Assembly: GCA_965198115.1 (NCBI GenBank)
Contig: OZ240241.1
Coordinates: 6,752,001-6,816,000, forward strand
DNA from: Candidatus Latescibacterota bacterium
GTDB lineage: Bacteria > Latescibacterota > UBA2968
DNA: 64,000 nucleotides
Direction: 5' to 3'
Translations under genes and position numbers: made by a program
Notes under the pieces: generated by a model
What the model was told of the DNA's origin: nothing
What the model saw: only the letters and a program-made list of their open reading frames with translations
Database searches by the model: none
Shown: positions 62,443 through 64,000 of the stretch, one piece after another
Numbering within the stretch: position 1 is the first letter of the stretch
Layout of the letters: each line of letters begins with the position of its first letter

Positions 62443-62469
62443 GTAGGCCACGGCATGCCGTGGCCCTAC
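62443..62469. repeat. GTAG-type REP palindrome, same family as 61433
   Basis: GTAGGCCACGGCATGCCGTGGCCCTAC; overlaps the aldolase stop codon. Confidence 0.85.
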
Positions 62470-63251
62470 GAGTTAGAAATCTCCTGTGTCGCTCGAAGGG
62501 CATCGCCATACCCGTTCATGTCGTGGATGCAGTTGAGCCACCGTGTTCCCTTCTCCACTGCGATACGCATCGACTCGCCGGGGTCGACCGCCGTGCCCAT
62601 GGCTTTTCCTGTATCTCGACAGGCAGCACCTACCCGGTCGAAGGCCTCCAGGATCTTCGGGTGATCGCGGCTGTTGGGCTCACGTTCGACGCCGTAGCTG
62701 TGAGATAGATCTCTGGGGCCGATGAAGAGGAGGTCGATCCCCTCGACGGCTGCGATGGCCTCCGCGTTCTCGACGCCCTCCGCATCTTCGATCATCACAC
62801 CCAGGAGCGTATTTTCGTTTGCCCGGTCCAGGAATTCGGCCTTGGGCTCTCGGCCGAATCGGGAATCGCGACCACCGCCCATGCCGCGCAAGCCCAGGGG
62901 TCTGAACTTGGCCGCGTGAACGAAGGTCTTGGCTTTCGCGGCGCTCTTACAGTGTGGCCAGATCAGGCCGTCCGCACCGAGTTCCAGAGGCCTTAGGATC
63001 TGGTTGTAGGGTCCGTGAGCGAGGCGAACGACGAGGTCGATGTCGTGGGCTCTCGCGGCCAGAATCAGGTTGGACAGGTCACCGAGATCGATGTGGGAGT
63101 GCTCAGTGTCGACCCATACGCATTTGAAACCAGCCAGAGCGATCGCTTCCACGACGAAGGTGGAGGCCGTGCGATTGATCTCGGCCACTGGGATGGTCTC
63201 GCCTTCGAGTAGGGCTGCTTTGGTTGGGTTGGTGCCGTAGTCCTTTGCCAC
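62466..63251 (-). CDS. HpcH/HpaI aldolase family protein
   Basis: VDTEH, LE.GA.G, P.G.RG, MIE, LFIGP.DL. Confidence 0.92.
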   Translation of the reverse strand: MAKDYGTNPTKAALLEGETIPVAEINRTASTFVVEAIALAGFKCVWVDTEHSHIDLGDLSNLILAARAHDIDLVVRLAHGPYNQILRPLELGADGLIWPHCKSAAKAKTFVHAAKFRPLGLRGMGGGRDSRFGREPKAEFLDRANENTLLGVMIEDAEGVENAEAIAAVEGIDLLFIGPRDLSHSYGVEREPNSRDHPKILEAFDRVGAACRDTGKAMGTAVDPGESMRIAVEKGTRWLNCIHDMNGYGDALRATQEISNS

Positions 63252-63338
63252 TTGTCATCTCCTTGGCTGATTCTTGCAGGGAGTGTTCGGTGTTCAGGAA
63301 GACAGATAGCCCGAAAACGGGCTTACAGTATGAGTTCT

Positions 63339-63998
63339 CTACGGACCCGTGTTGTTGAATCGGGGCAGGACTTCTCGTCCGAACCATTCGAGATCGCGTC
63401 TCATCACGCTGGGAGGAATTGCCAAAGCCCCCGCGGCAACAGTGATGCGGCGGAGGCCGGGCATGCGATCCTGAATCTCGCAGATTTTTTCGTAGATGTG
63501 ATCGGGAGGTCCGCAGATCCATCCGCCATCCCGTACGCGGTCTGCGACGGACGGTAATCCGGCCTCGAGCGCTTTTTTGCTGTCGTAGGTTGAAAGAATC
63601 TGTTCCTGAGTGAGCGTCGGCATGCGCCCCAGGGGAGCCAGCACTTTGAATTGTTCCTGGGACCACGGGGTGGCTTCTGCCATGGCCTGTTCTTCGGTGT
63701 CGGCCATGTGGATCTGAAGGACCAGTGCCAGATCTTCGCCCAATTCGGTTTCGCGTCCCCTTTGCGCCAGGCCTTCCTGCCATTTCGTCGCGATTTCCAT
63801 AGCCCTTCCTCCACCCGGTACGACGCCTTTGATTCCGTGCTTGATCATGAAATCGATGCCGCGGGGGCTCGCGCTGAAGATGGGTTGCCAGCATTCGACC
63901 GGCAAGTGGGCGGGTCGCGGCACTAGCGTCATATCCTCGAGCTTCGACTGCAGACGATGGGGACACGGCGCCGGTAGGTCGTAGTATTTCCCGTGATG
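63339..63998 (-). CDS. LLM-class flavin-dependent monooxygenase (5' part outside window)
   Basis: HHGKYY.LP, TLVPRP, WQP, GPPD, LEWFGREVLPRF; frame open to the window end. Confidence 0.85.
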   Translation of the reverse strand, partial: HHGKYYDLPAPCPHRLQSKLEDMTLVPRPAHLPVECWQPIFSASPRGIDFMIKHGIKGVVPGGGRAMEIATKWQEGLAQRGRETELGEDLALVLQIHMADTEEQAMAEATPWSQEQFKVLAPLGRMPTLTQEQILSTYDSKKALEAGLPSVADRVRDGGWICGPPDHIYEKICEIQDRMPGLRRITVAAGALAIPPSVMRRDLEWFGREVLPRFNNTGP

Positions 63999-64000
63999 AG

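Noticed and set aside
1-64000. CRISPR array, cas genes, tRNA/rRNA, prophage or known defence systems
   Set aside because: No regularly spaced repeats, structural RNA signatures or matching protein motifs were seen by eye.

Overview
GC-rich bacterial DNA from a diderm (Omp85/POTRA gene present). The gene repertoire suggests an uncultured heterotroph of the Latescibacterota/Poribacteria type, but this is inference only. The window has three parts. (1) 1-21.4 kb is a signal-transduction island: histidine kinases, an NtrC-type sigma54 activator, stand-alone receivers, two well-formed sigma54 (-24/-12) promoters, a sigma70-family sigma factor downstream of one of them, a CBM48/pseudo-receiver pair and HtrA. 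Five IS elements (three IS630, one IS256, one ISL3) sit here, all with readable ends and target duplications, and every one interrupts a regulatory gene. Removing them in silico rebuilds a 287-aa membrane GAF-like protein, a receiver protein and the sigma-factor C-terminus. (2) 21.4-30.2 kb holds redox, stress and envelope genes, including a CDGSH Fe-S gene missed by the ORF track. (3) 30.2-64 kb is a dense catabolic region: six PhyH-like dioxygenases, three BNR/sialidase-like and two GH32-like propellers, two UxuA-like dehydratases, AGE epimerase, NanQ-like protein, lactonase, aldolase, two LLM monooxygenases and hydantoinase A/B. More than 15 single-base frameshifts (mostly in homopolymers) and several isolated premature stops suggest an under-polished assembly, so those genes are not called true pseudogenes. 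No rRNA, tRNA or CRISPR array was seen.
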